A DNA stretch of 32,000 nt, taken from assembly GCA_003345555.1 (NCBI GenBank), contig PRDJ01000050.1, forward strand, positions 1-32,000, read 5' to 3'. Shown one piece after another: positions 8,450-17,143 of the stretch. Made by a program: the position numbers and the translations under genes. A model generated the notes under the pieces. That model made no database searches and was not told the DNA's origin. It worked only from the letters and a program-made list of their open reading frames with translations. The first letter of the stretch is position 1, and each line of letters opens with the position of its first letter. The stretch comes from Candidatus Thorarchaeota archaeon. Its GTDB lineage: Archaea; Asgardarchaeota; Thorarchaeia; Thorarchaeales; Thorarchaeaceae.

Positions 8450-9031
8450 ATGATAATCGATTATGGAAACCGGACTCTAGGCGTGAAATTAGTCTTCTTC
8501 GGTCCGGCGATGGGCGGGAAGACCACTGCGATAAGATGGCTGTTCGCAAGGTTCGGATGTACAGACCGCCTTATGTCAGTAGAGAACACGGTAGGCAGAA
8601 CGATGTTCTGCGATTTTGGTACTATTCCATTTTCTTTAACGAACAACTGGATTGTCAATGCGCACGTTTGGTCCGCAACTGGACAGGACTTCTACAGGTC
8701 TACGAGAGAAGTCGTACTTGTGGGGGCCGATGGGATTGTGTTCGTTGCGGATTCCCAAGAACGGCTGCTTAATGAGAACGTTGCCAGTTGGAATGAGCTG
8801 ATGACATCAATAGCAGAAGAAGAGCATCCCCTTCCCGTGGTTGTTTGCCTCAACAAACAAGACCTGCCTGAAGCAGTCTCCGAGGAGAAGATTCGTTGCG
8901 CTCTACGCCTTCCCTCTTCAATCCCAGTATTCAGGAGCATAGCCAAAGAGGGGTTCAACATCATGGAAGCATTCTATATCTTGTTCAGAGAGGCCTTGCG
9001 TGCAAGTGTTCTGATTCCCCCGTTGGCCTAG
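8450..9031 (+). CDS. MglA/Arf-like small GTPase
   Basis: VKLVFFGPAMGGKT (G1), GRTMFCDF (G2), SATGQ (G3 variant), GADGIVFVADSQ, NKQD (G4) and SIAKEG (G5). ATG at 8450. Confidence 0.92.
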   Translation: MIIDYGNRTLGVKLVFFGPAMGGKTTAIRWLFARFGCTDRLMSVENTVGRTMFCDFGTIPFSLTNNWIVNAHVWSATGQDFYRSTREVVLVGADGIVFVADSQERLLNENVASWNELMTSIAEEEHPLPVVVCLNKQDLPEAVSEEKIRCALRLPSSIPVFRSIAKEGFNIMEAFYILFREALRASVLIPPLA

Positions 9032-9101
9032 TGAGGAAGGCTGTTCCTCTCAATCGAGCGAATACCTTTTTACGACTTCAGACGATTGCCGTTGTCGAAT
9101 T

Positions 9102-10820
9102 GTGAAACGGACCTTACTCAAACAATACGTCGAGGAGTTACACTTGAAGAACAATCAGCACAGCACTAGGTTTGTATTTGTAACCGGAGGGGTCGTGTCC
9201 GGTATTGGAAAGGGTGTAACCACAGCATCAATCGCCAAGATATTGCAGTTCCGGGGATACAGAATCCAGATAATCAAAATCGATCCGTATCTCAACGTTG
9301 ATCCCGGGACTCTCAATCCCGTTGAGCACGGTGAGGTATTTGTCACCGACAAGACCTGGCTATTCAGGCCTGTTGAAGGCTTTGAGTTCAAGATTACTGA
9401 AATTGACCAAGACTTCGGGACATACGAAAGATTCACGGATATGGATGTCCATCCATCCCATAACATAACATCGGGACAAATCTATGTTTCAGTAATCTTG
9501 GGAGAAAGAAAAGGGAGTTTTCTGGGTCATACTGTACAGATTATCCCCCATGTGACGGACTGCATAAAGACCAGAATATGGGACGTTGCAAACGAGGAGC
9601 CTCAACCAGATGTGCTGCTAGTGGAAGTTGGGGGCACTGTTGGTGACATCGAAGGGATGCCTTTCTTGGAGGCCGCGAGACAGCTCATACGTGAGGTCGG
9701 ACCGGAGAGAGCTGCGCTTGTGCATGTAACCCTCGTACCATACATCGCTGCGGTCGGTGAGTTCAAGACCAAGCCGACACAACACAGTGTCCGCACCCTT
9801 CAAGGGTCAGGTCTCCAACCAGACATCATAGTATGCAGAGCTGAACAGAAGCTACAGGATTCAGCACGGAAGAAAATTGCACTCTTCTGCAACGTTCCTG
9901 AGGAACGAGTTATTTCAAATCCTGATATCCCAGTAGTGTATCAGTTACCGCTATCTTTTGAAGAGCAAGGGCTGGGTGATATCCTTGTTAGGCTGCTCGG
10001 GTTGGAACCCCGTGAGCCGGATACTGGTCAGTGGCAACAGATAGTGCACGCTTTCGAGGTTCATGATGACAACGTAGTAATAGCCATGCCTGGAAAGTAC
10101 ACTGCCCTGAGCGATTCATACAAGAGCATCAATGAGGCATTGTTACACGCTGGCGCACAATGCGGTGTGAAAGTCGACATAAAATGGATTGAGACAGACC
10201 TAAGATGTAGCGAAGACTGTCTGCGTGAAGACCTTAGTCTCGTCGACGGCATTCTGCTGACGCCTGGCTTTGGGTCCCGGGGAGTCGAAGGGATGATTAA
10301 CGCGGCCACGGTGGCTTTTGAGGATGGTATTCCGTTTCTTGGTATCTGCTACGGGGCTCAGCTTGGAACGGTAGCCTTTGCTAGAAGAAAAATGGGCTGG
10401 CAAGGTGCGCACACAACAGAAGTTGACCCTGACAGCCTGTATCCTGTTGTAGACCTGTTAGACGATCAGAAGGCCACTGATGAGAAGGGTGGCACCATGA
10501 GGCTCGGGGGTCAAGAGGTTAAAATTGTCGAGGGGACTCGTCTACATAGTATCTACGGTGTTACCGAAACACGAGAGAGATTCAGGCATCGCTTTCATCT
10601 TATCGACAGGTATGTCCACAAGATGAAAGATGCAGGCATGGTCATCTCAGCTTATGACGAGACCGGGAAGATAATAAACGCGGTCGAACTAAAGCGGCAT
10701 CCTTTCTGGATGGGAGTCCAATACCATCCGGAGTTCAAGTCGAGACCGGGTAACGCACATCCTCTGTACGTAGCTTTTCTGAAAGCCGCCTTGGAGTGCA
10801 AGCACAAGAGGGGTGCCTAG
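9102..10820 (+). CDS. pyrG: CTP synthase
   Basis: [39 protein letters not shown] (catalytic Cys) and QYHPEF (His-Glu). Confidence 0.98.
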   Translation: MKRTLLKQYVEELHLKNNQHSTRFVFVTGGVVSGIGKGVTTASIAKILQFRGYRIQIIKIDPYLNVDPGTLNPVEHGEVFVTDKTWLFRPVEGFEFKITEIDQDFGTYERFTDMDVHPSHNITSGQIYVSVILGERKGSFLGHTVQIIPHVTDCIKTRIWDVANEEPQPDVLLVEVGGTVGDIEGMPFLEAARQLIREVGPERAALVHVTLVPYIAAVGEFKTKPTQHSVRTLQGSGLQPDIIVCRAEQKLQDSARKKIALFCNVPEERVISNPDIPVVYQLPLSFEEQGLGDILVRLLGLEPREPDTGQWQQIVHAFEVHDDNVVIAMPGKYTALSDSYKSINEALLHAGAQCGVKVDIKWIETDLRCSEDCLREDLSLVDGILLTPGFGSRGVEGMINAATVAFEDGIPFLGICYGAQLGTVAFARRKMGWQGAHTTEVDPDSLYPVVDLLDDQKATDEKGGTMRLGGQEVKIVEGTRLHSIYGVTETRERFRHRFHLIDRYVHKMKDAGMVISAYDETGKIINAVELKRHPFWMGVQYHPEFKSRPGNAHPLYVAFLKAALECKHKRGA

Positions 10821-11980
10821 TGGAACGGAATTTCGACAAGATGCTGTCCGTGGTTGTAGAACAGATTGAACGAGCTGAGACAACCCGTGAACGCTTTGGC
10901 AAAGTTCTCAGGCAGATTAAGGGAAAAATAGACCTCCGTCGCTTTCCCGCAGTGGCCGCAAACGTGATTGATACACAGTTCTCAACGAAAGTACAACCAG
11001 TCAGTCTTTCCGGCCTTAAGATGGCAGGGATTGACGGAGGACTCATACGAAGAGGTTTCAGATCAATGGATTTGATTCTTACGCGCGGTGTTGCAGTAAT
11101 ATTCAAATTCGGGGCGAAAGAAGGGCCTGTGGTTGACTTCTTTCCAGATCCCTTTCCAAGTCCAGTTGTCAAGCCAATCATGCTTAGTCTATCGGGACAG
11201 GAACTCGATCAACTGGCTTCTCTTGAGCGCGTTGCAGCCGAGCTGAGGGTAACTTTGTCGGTTCTCGATGAATTCTCCACTGACCTAATACTCATTGATG
11301 GCAGCCTTTTCTACCATCCCCGAGACAGGCCTCCAGCGACTTCCCTTGTGAGTGATAAGTTCCAGGAAGTAATGGCGCTTTACAGACAGGTGTACAACAA
11401 GGCTAAGGAAAAAGGCACGACCTTGGTGGGAGTGGTGAAGGACAGTCGTTCAACCCGCATCGTGAATATAATGGGTGAGATTTTGCCTCATATTGTACGA
11501 GACCCGTCGGTCTTTGAGATGATGCAGGGCGTTGACTACCGTTGGCTACTGAAGATATCACGGGACTGCGATCTACTGGACACATTTCTGGACGAGGGCG
11601 AAAGAACCTTCGTATTCCGCTTCTCCTCAGAAATGCAACCGAATCTAAGCGCGTACCCCGACGAATTGGCTTCATGGGCTCCACTGATATGGGTAACCTA
11701 CGTAAAGACAGCACAGGATGACTTGCCTCTTAGAATCGAGGTCCTCGTTGGGGAAGGAGACAATGATGTCCGGCTTCTGGACAGGGCTTTGTCCGCTATA
11801 CTGCCTGTCTCATGGCAACACAAGGAGTACGGCATTCCAACACCAATCGTAGAAGCGGACGCAAGAGCAAGAATCAGTCACAACGAATCGCAGATCATAA
11901 TCGACCGGCTCATGGCTCTCTCGGGTCTCACCTATACAGCACTTGAAAAGAGACGTTCTAGAAATCCATTTGGAGGCTAA
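10820..11980 (+). CDS. nurA: NurA-family 5'-3' nuclease
   Basis: AGIDGG, LILIDGSL, GVVKDSRS and YGIPTPIVEADARARI. The GTG start overlaps the pyrG stop (TAGTG) after GAGGGGTG. Confidence 0.88.
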   Translation: MERNFDKMLSVVVEQIERAETTRERFGKVLRQIKGKIDLRRFPAVAANVIDTQFSTKVQPVSLSGLKMAGIDGGLIRRGFRSMDLILTRGVAVIFKFGAKEGPVVDFFPDPFPSPVVKPIMLSLSGQELDQLASLERVAAELRVTLSVLDEFSTDLILIDGSLFYHPRDRPPATSLVSDKFQEVMALYRQVYNKAKEKGTTLVGVVKDSRSTRIVNIMGEILPHIVRDPSVFEMMQGVDYRWLLKISRDCDLLDTFLDEGERTFVFRFSSEMQPNLSAYPDELASWAPLIWVTYVKTAQDDLPLRIEVLVGEGDNDVRLLDRALSAILPVSWQHKEYGIPTPIVEADARARISHNESQIIIDRLMALSGLTYTALEKRRSRNPFGG

Positions 11981-11984
11981 GCTT

Positions 11985-13514
11985 CTGCCGACTTACACGC
12001 CGGAATCCAGACTTGGGACAGTAGTCTGCACCGAATCAACTCCCAATGTCGTGGAATTTGAGTTCGTAGTAGAAGGCGCACCGAATGATATCCTAGTTCG
12101 TCGAGGAGAGTTTGTATCGGTTGCCACTGATGATGGCACAATAATCGCACGAGTTCAGAATCTCATAAGGACCAATCGCTACTATCAGCATGCAGAGGCG
12201 GTAAGAGAATACCAGTCAAGAGGAGAGCCTCTACGTTCTATTCTCCCCACAGATCGGTGGCAATACACGATTGCACAGGCGCGTGTCCTAGGCTGCTGGA
12301 TCGAAAACAGGGCGGCGCGTCCTTCTTTCTCGGTCTCACCAGGCGCCTCAGTCATGCGACCGGATGATGAAATGCTGGCTTCGTTTCTCAATCTAGACCC
12401 CAAGAATGGCTTGAGATTGGGAACACTGTCTCATCACGAACTCGCCTTCTGCCCTTCTATCGATCGACTTCTTTCAAAGCATCTGGCTGTTCTTGCAATG
12501 AGCGGTGCCGGTAAGTCGTATTTTATTTCGATTCTTCTTGAGGAAATGCTCGCACGAACAAGAGAACAGGGACGACTCGCAGTAGTCGTTCTTGATGTTC
12601 ACGGCGAGTACACGTATCTGAAGGATTTGCCGGCTGAATCATTGGGATTACGAGGTTCTCGGATTGACGTAGAGCATGTTCGATCCTCTCACTTTCAGAT
12701 TCCTGTACCATCTCTGTCAGCAGAAACTCTGAGTTCCTTCGTATCAGACATGAGCGGCATTCAAGTGCGTGACCTAAGACGCGTGATATCAGAGACGCGA
12801 AAAAAGGAAAAAGGGGCATACAACCTTAGTGACCTCGCAGAGATTGTAAAGGCAGACGAGAGTATCAACAAGAACACGAGGGATGCTATCGTCGGCTGGC
12901 TTGTCAATCTGGACGAAACCGGTCTATTCGGCGTGGAAGCCGTACCGGATATGAAGAGCATAGTGAGTCCAGGCAAGCTTACATTGATTGATCTCAGTGA
13001 CTTCATCAGTCTCAAGAAAAAGCAAATCATAACATCGTATCTTGCCAGTGAACTGTTGTACCTGCGAAGACAAGAAAAGATACCCCCATTCCTCTTTGTC
13101 GTTGAGGAAGCACATCAATTCTGTCCTGAGAGTCGTCACGAGCTTTCTCTTCCGAAGGCTCAGATTGAGACGATTGCCAGAGAGGGCAGGAAGTTCTATG
13201 CTCTTCTGTGCTTGATATCTCAGAGACCCGTAAAGCTATCGACTACTGTACTCAGCCAATGCAGCAACCAAGCGATTTTCAGATGCACAAACCCGTACGA
13301 CCTTGAACACATAGGCAAGACCAGTGAAGGCATTGACCGCTCGTCTTTGGACTCGATAACAACACTTGAAGTGGGTGAAGCTCTGTTTGTGGGGGAATGT
13401 GTTTCCTTTCCAACATTTGTAAAGATTCGTCATCGTCTGTTTGAGCCAAAGGGTGCTGTCACAGGCCTTTCAGAAGCCATCAGGAAAACTGACAGAATTT
13501 CATCACAACCCTGA
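11985..13514 (+). CDS. herA: HerA-family ATPase/DNA translocase (HAS barrel plus FtsK-HerA)
   Basis: HLAVLAMSGAGKS, LDVHGEY, VVEEAH, IAREGRKF and ISQRP. The start is CTG 11985 (8 nt after GGAGG) or TTG 11943. Confidence 0.92.
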   Translation: MPTYTPESRLGTVVCTESTPNVVEFEFVVEGAPNDILVRRGEFVSVATDDGTIIARVQNLIRTNRYYQHAEAVREYQSRGEPLRSILPTDRWQYTIAQARVLGCWIENRAARPSFSVSPGASVMRPDDEMLASFLNLDPKNGLRLGTLSHHELAFCPSIDRLLSKHLAVLAMSGAGKSYFISILLEEMLARTREQGRLAVVVLDVHGEYTYLKDLPAESLGLRGSRIDVEHVRSSHFQIPVPSLSAETLSSFVSDMSGIQVRDLRRVISETRKKEKGAYNLSDLAEIVKADESINKNTRDAIVGWLVNLDETGLFGVEAVPDMKSIVSPGKLTLIDLSDFISLKKKQIITSYLASELLYLRRQEKIPPFLFVVEEAHQFCPESRHELSLPKAQIETIAREGRKFYALLCLISQRPVKLSTTVLSQCSNQAIFRCTNPYDLEHIGKTSEGIDRSSLDSITTLEVGEALFVGECVSFPTFVKIRHRLFEPKGAVTGLSEAIRKTDRISSQP

Positions 13515-13523
13515 TAAACGAAG

Positions 13524-14240
13524 ATGGCGGGTGGCACCAAGAGCGGTGCAATAGCTCTCTTTGGGGGCATACCCTCATTGTCCGAAAAGAACACAGATGA
13601 GATAAAACGGCTCATCGGTCAAATACAGTCCGGGCTGGTTGAGATCTTCGATCAGATGCGAGAGCTACGTCGCCGACTGGGTCTGCCTGTTGAAGAGGGA
13701 AAGACTGATTCAGTGGCCCCTATTGTGCCGCTTTTCTCTGAAGTACCCGGGTCGCCGTCGGCTGACAGCCGCGAGTCCGTTGCTTCTTCGCCGACAAGTC
13801 CCCCGAGAATGGCACAAGCAATCGGAGTGTCGTCTCCCGCCGCAGTCTCGAGGGCTCCGGAACCGGAAGCACCTAAGGCCGACACAATCTCCTCGCTAGC
13901 AATTCATAAGACGGGCACGCTTGATAATCCGCCCGGAAAGCCCAATGAGCACGCCCAAGCGGTAAGTGCGACAGTAGCTCGGGTTTTGGACCCCATAGCC
14001 CATGAAATCCGTACTGGCGAAGCCCCAGCTGATGTCATCGCCGAGTATCTCCAAGCTGCAAGGGATTATCTGATTACGAAAGATCGCCCAAGCCCTAAGG
14101 TTGCACGCGATATGGACGTTGTTGATAAATTTCTCAGGGCAAGAGGAAAGAAGGGCATTCGACCTGAGGAGCGAGACAACATCCTGAAGCGTATTCATCG
14201 TTGGAGCATAATGCTTAGTCAACCCGAGAATGTGCCGTAG
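13524..14240 (+). CDS. Hypothetical protein: N-terminal helix, Pro/Ser/Ala-rich linker, C-terminal helical bundle
   Basis: 238-aa ORF starting 9 nt after herA; fills the gap up to the convergent ArsR gene. No family recognised. Confidence 0.8.
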   Translation: MAGGTKSGAIALFGGIPSLSEKNTDEIKRLIGQIQSGLVEIFDQMRELRRRLGLPVEEGKTDSVAPIVPLFSEVPGSPSADSRESVASSPTSPPRMAQAIGVSSPAAVSRAPEPEAPKADTISSLAIHKTGTLDNPPGKPNEHAQAVSATVARVLDPIAHEIRTGEAPADVIAEYLQAARDYLITKDRPSPKVARDMDVVDKFLRARGKKGIRPEERDNILKRIHRWSIMLSQPENVP

Positions 14241-14256
14241 ACCTAATCTAAGGTCT
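14239..14256. terminator. Short hairpin between convergent genes
   Basis: AGACCT-AATCTA-AGGTCT. Confidence 0.3.
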
Positions 14257-14264
14257 GTCACGAA

Positions 14265-14546
14265 CTACTTCAGGTCGATTACAATCCGCTTCACTTTCGT
14301 TTTGGATATCTTCTTGAGCCCATGCTGTCCGGGTTCAAAGCGACATTCTAGCAGACCCGCCTCAAGCAGTATCTTGATCTGAGCGCTGGCATTTGCCTCA
14401 GTACCACCGAGGTGCCTTGCCACTCTAGTAACATCCTTCTCTCCATCGAACAGAAGCCTCAGTATCTCTATGCGCGTCTTCGATGAAAGAGCCCGGCCGA
14501 CACGCAGTACTGCATCTTCGTCATTGACTTGCAGTGTTTCTGACAG
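14265..14546 (-). CDS. ArsR/SmtB-family winged-helix regulator, 93 aa, CTG start
   Basis: Hand translation: (M)SETLQVNDEDAVLRVGRALSSKTRIEILRLLFDGEKDVTRVARHLGGTEANASAQIKILLEAGLLECRFEPGQHGLKKISKTKVKRIVIDLK. GAGGTG lies 6 nt before the CTG and an in-frame TGA lies two codons upstream. Not in the ORF track. Confidence 0.88.
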   Translation of the reverse strand: MSETLQVNDEDAVLRVGRALSSKTRIEILRLLFDGEKDVTRVARHLGGTEANASAQIKILLEAGLLECRFEPGQHGLKKISKTKVKRIVIDLK

Positions 14547-14690
14547 TTGTCACACCTCGCATGAGTTGCGCTGTCGCTCAAGTATGGCTTTATTATACTT
14601 GTTGTTTGTTAACAGCTTGCATGGTGCGAAGGCAGACCCATCTGAATGCTTATAGCCTAAGCCGACTTTTCTTGTCTGAGTACTGAGCCA

Positions 14691-16709
14691 ATGGGTGATG
14701 ACAATGTATTCATTGTTGGCTTTGATATTCTCCCTTCTCAGAGCCCGCGATCAACCACGAGCCCTAGGTATTCTTGTGTGATAGTACGCAATGGAATGGT
14801 TCTCAACGAGTATCCTGAGATATCTCGAAGGGACCTCCTTGACTTGGTTCGAGAGATACGTCCCAAGTATCTCGTGACAGACAACATTCTCGAGATTGTT
14901 CCGGACAGCAAATCAATGTTTAGTCTTGTTAGCAGGATACCGACCGAGACAAAGCTGGTTCAGGTGACGGGTGTACCACCGAACCAAGTCCCTCTCAAGA
15001 TTCTTGCCCGGCGTTACAAGCTTCAATCCGGAGCTCATTTGACGCCGCTTGCTGCTGCGAAAACCGCGGCACAGCTCGTGCATCTCGGTGTTGGCTATCG
15101 CCTTGAGTGTTTTGGTGAACAGACCGAGGTTCGAGTGACACGAGGAAGGAAGACTGGTAGTGGAGGGCAGAGCGCGAACCGATACCGCCGCAGATTACAC
15201 TCGGAGATTCAGCAGGTTACTCGCTTCATAGAGTCTCAGCTCAAGGCGGCGGGAATTGAATATGATTCTGATATTAGGGACTCGGACTTTGGGTATGAGA
15301 GTTCGCGTCTTGTTGCCTATGCTCCGTTACCTGCAATAAAAGGCCTAGTCGAATCGAGGCGCGGCAGTGATTTCAACGTATTCGTCTCTCCTGTCAGAAA
15401 ACGGGTCGAGTTTGTCCCACTTGAGCCACAAGGCATTCCTGCTGAGCTTACGCCACAGTATTTCATATTGGGAATCGACCCCGGCACAACGGCAGCACTG
15501 TGTCTGGTCTCTCTCGATGGACGAGTAAGTTTCCTTGCGAGCAGGAAGGGGCTTACGAGAGCAGACATCATCAGACTTGTCTATCAACATGGCGTTCCAG
15601 TCATGGTTGCAACCGACGTTACTCCAGTACCTCATCTCGTGAAGAAGATAGCAGGCACTGTCAATGTGGCGATATTCACTCCCGAAAGACCGATACCCGT
15701 GGCCGAAAAACAGGAGATGGCGAGAGAGTTCTCTCAAGAGACACAGATCAAGAACGCCCACGAACGGGATGCATTGACTGCAGCTATCTATGCTTACAGG
15801 AGTGTTCTGCCGAGGCTCGAACAGATAGACCAGAAGGCGCACGATGAGCAACTTATGGTGGACAGAAACCATCTGAAGGCCCTTGTGATAAGAGGAATGA
15901 CCATCAACGAAGCGTTGGCAAGTCTCGTTCAAGAAGGTCCGGAAGTTGTCGAGTTGGCAGCCGAACAGCCCGTCCGTGAGGCGGTCCTAACACAGGCCCG
16001 TTTCGACGCCCTTGTGGACAAGAGCGAGACTCTGGAGGCCGAGAACCGCACACTAACGGAACAGAACGCTGATCTCAGGCGACTTGTGGAGTATCTCAAG
16101 TTCAGAGAAAGCGAGCTACAGCACAGTCTTGAGATTATCAGTCGTGACAACTACTGGCGAGTGAAGCGTGACCGTGAGATTGCTAAGAAGGAGTCAGAGC
16201 TAAGCCATGCATCGACCGAGACCGACAGACTCCGAGGACAGGTGGCAGATCTGACTAGGCGTATCGAGCTTTTCAAAGGCGTACGACGTTTGGAGATGCA
16301 TGGCGACACAATCGCAGTGAAGACCATCCCTCATTTCACTCGCGAAGGGATAGAGGCTTACATGAGAAAAGTGGGTCTCAAGGACGGAGACATCGTGCTT
16401 TTTGAAGATGCCAGCGGAGGAGGTCCCCATACTGCAGCCATGTTAATCGAGCGCGAAATCAAGGCCGTTATTGTGGATACGCCGCTTTCGCATCTCTCTG
16501 AGGAGGAGCTAGTGAAGGCGCAAATCCCCGTAATTCAGGCCAAAGATGTTGAACTCCAAAGAATCGAGGAATTCGCATTCATAAGCAGAAGGAAATTCGA
16601 AAGACTGTTCCAAGTGTTCACCAAGGAAGTGCATGAGAAGGCACGAAAGAAGAGCGAGGACGACTTGGTCGAAGCTGTGGAACGTTACAAGAGGCAAATT
16701 GAGAGGTAG
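14691..16709 (+). CDS. DUF460 protein (COG2433; RNase H-like domains plus coiled coil)
   Basis: IVGFDI, ILGIDPGTT, VMVATDVTPVP, NAHERDALTAA and a long C-terminal coiled coil. Confidence 0.88.
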   Translation: MGDDNVFIVGFDILPSQSPRSTTSPRYSCVIVRNGMVLNEYPEISRRDLLDLVREIRPKYLVTDNILEIVPDSKSMFSLVSRIPTETKLVQVTGVPPNQVPLKILARRYKLQSGAHLTPLAAAKTAAQLVHLGVGYRLECFGEQTEVRVTRGRKTGSGGQSANRYRRRLHSEIQQVTRFIESQLKAAGIEYDSDIRDSDFGYESSRLVAYAPLPAIKGLVESRRGSDFNVFVSPVRKRVEFVPLEPQGIPAELTPQYFILGIDPGTTAALCLVSLDGRVSFLASRKGLTRADIIRLVYQHGVPVMVATDVTPVPHLVKKIAGTVNVAIFTPERPIPVAEKQEMAREFSQETQIKNAHERDALTAAIYAYRSVLPRLEQIDQKAHDEQLMVDRNHLKALVIRGMTINEALASLVQEGPEVVELAAEQPVREAVLTQARFDALVDKSETLEAENRTLTEQNADLRRLVEYLKFRESELQHSLEIISRDNYWRVKRDREIAKKESELSHASTETDRLRGQVADLTRRIELFKGVRRLEMHGDTIAVKTIPHFTREGIEAYMRKVGLKDGDIVLFEDASGGGPHTAAMLIEREIKAVIVDTPLSHLSEEELVKAQIPVIQAKDVELQRIEEFAFISRRKFERLFQVFTKEVHEKARKKSEDDLVEAVERYKRQIER

Positions 16710-16771
16710 TTCTGCTTTTCACGAAATATAAACCATTATCGACGGGATTTAGTCTAAATCCGTTGTCTGTA

Positions 16772-17002
16772 TCATTCCGGTATCCGAATCCACAGGATGT
16801 TGTTTCCCCTGATCAGTACTGAACCATACTTGGCTCTCACTTGGTCATTCTCCAGTTCCTCCGCGTCCGCAAGAGTGAGGTTCATGTATATATCGCATCT
16901 CGTGAGTCGTCCCCGAAAGATCCTATTGTCTTTCAGCTTGATTGATACGACATCGTTGACAACATTCTCAAGAGCCTTAATCGGCATCTTTTCAGTGGAC
17001 AA
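16772..17002 (-). CDS. Sm-like archaeal protein (Lsm/SmAP)
   Basis: Sm1 VSIKLKDNRIFRGRLTRCDIYMNLTL and Sm2 VLIRGNNI. Confidence 0.93.
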   Translation of the reverse strand: MSTEKMPIKALENVVNDVVSIKLKDNRIFRGRLTRCDIYMNLTLADAEELENDQVRAKYGSVLIRGNNILWIRIPE

Positions 17003-17143
17003 AGGGAAACCTCAGACCCGCGACCTTGTGGACGGATTATAAACCCTTTGTTGCAGAGAGCATCTGAGAAGCGCGGTTTCTAGCATTGGTCTATCTCGTC
17101 ACTGTTAAGAGCAGCAAGAAATCAGTACATTGGGAGAATCATA

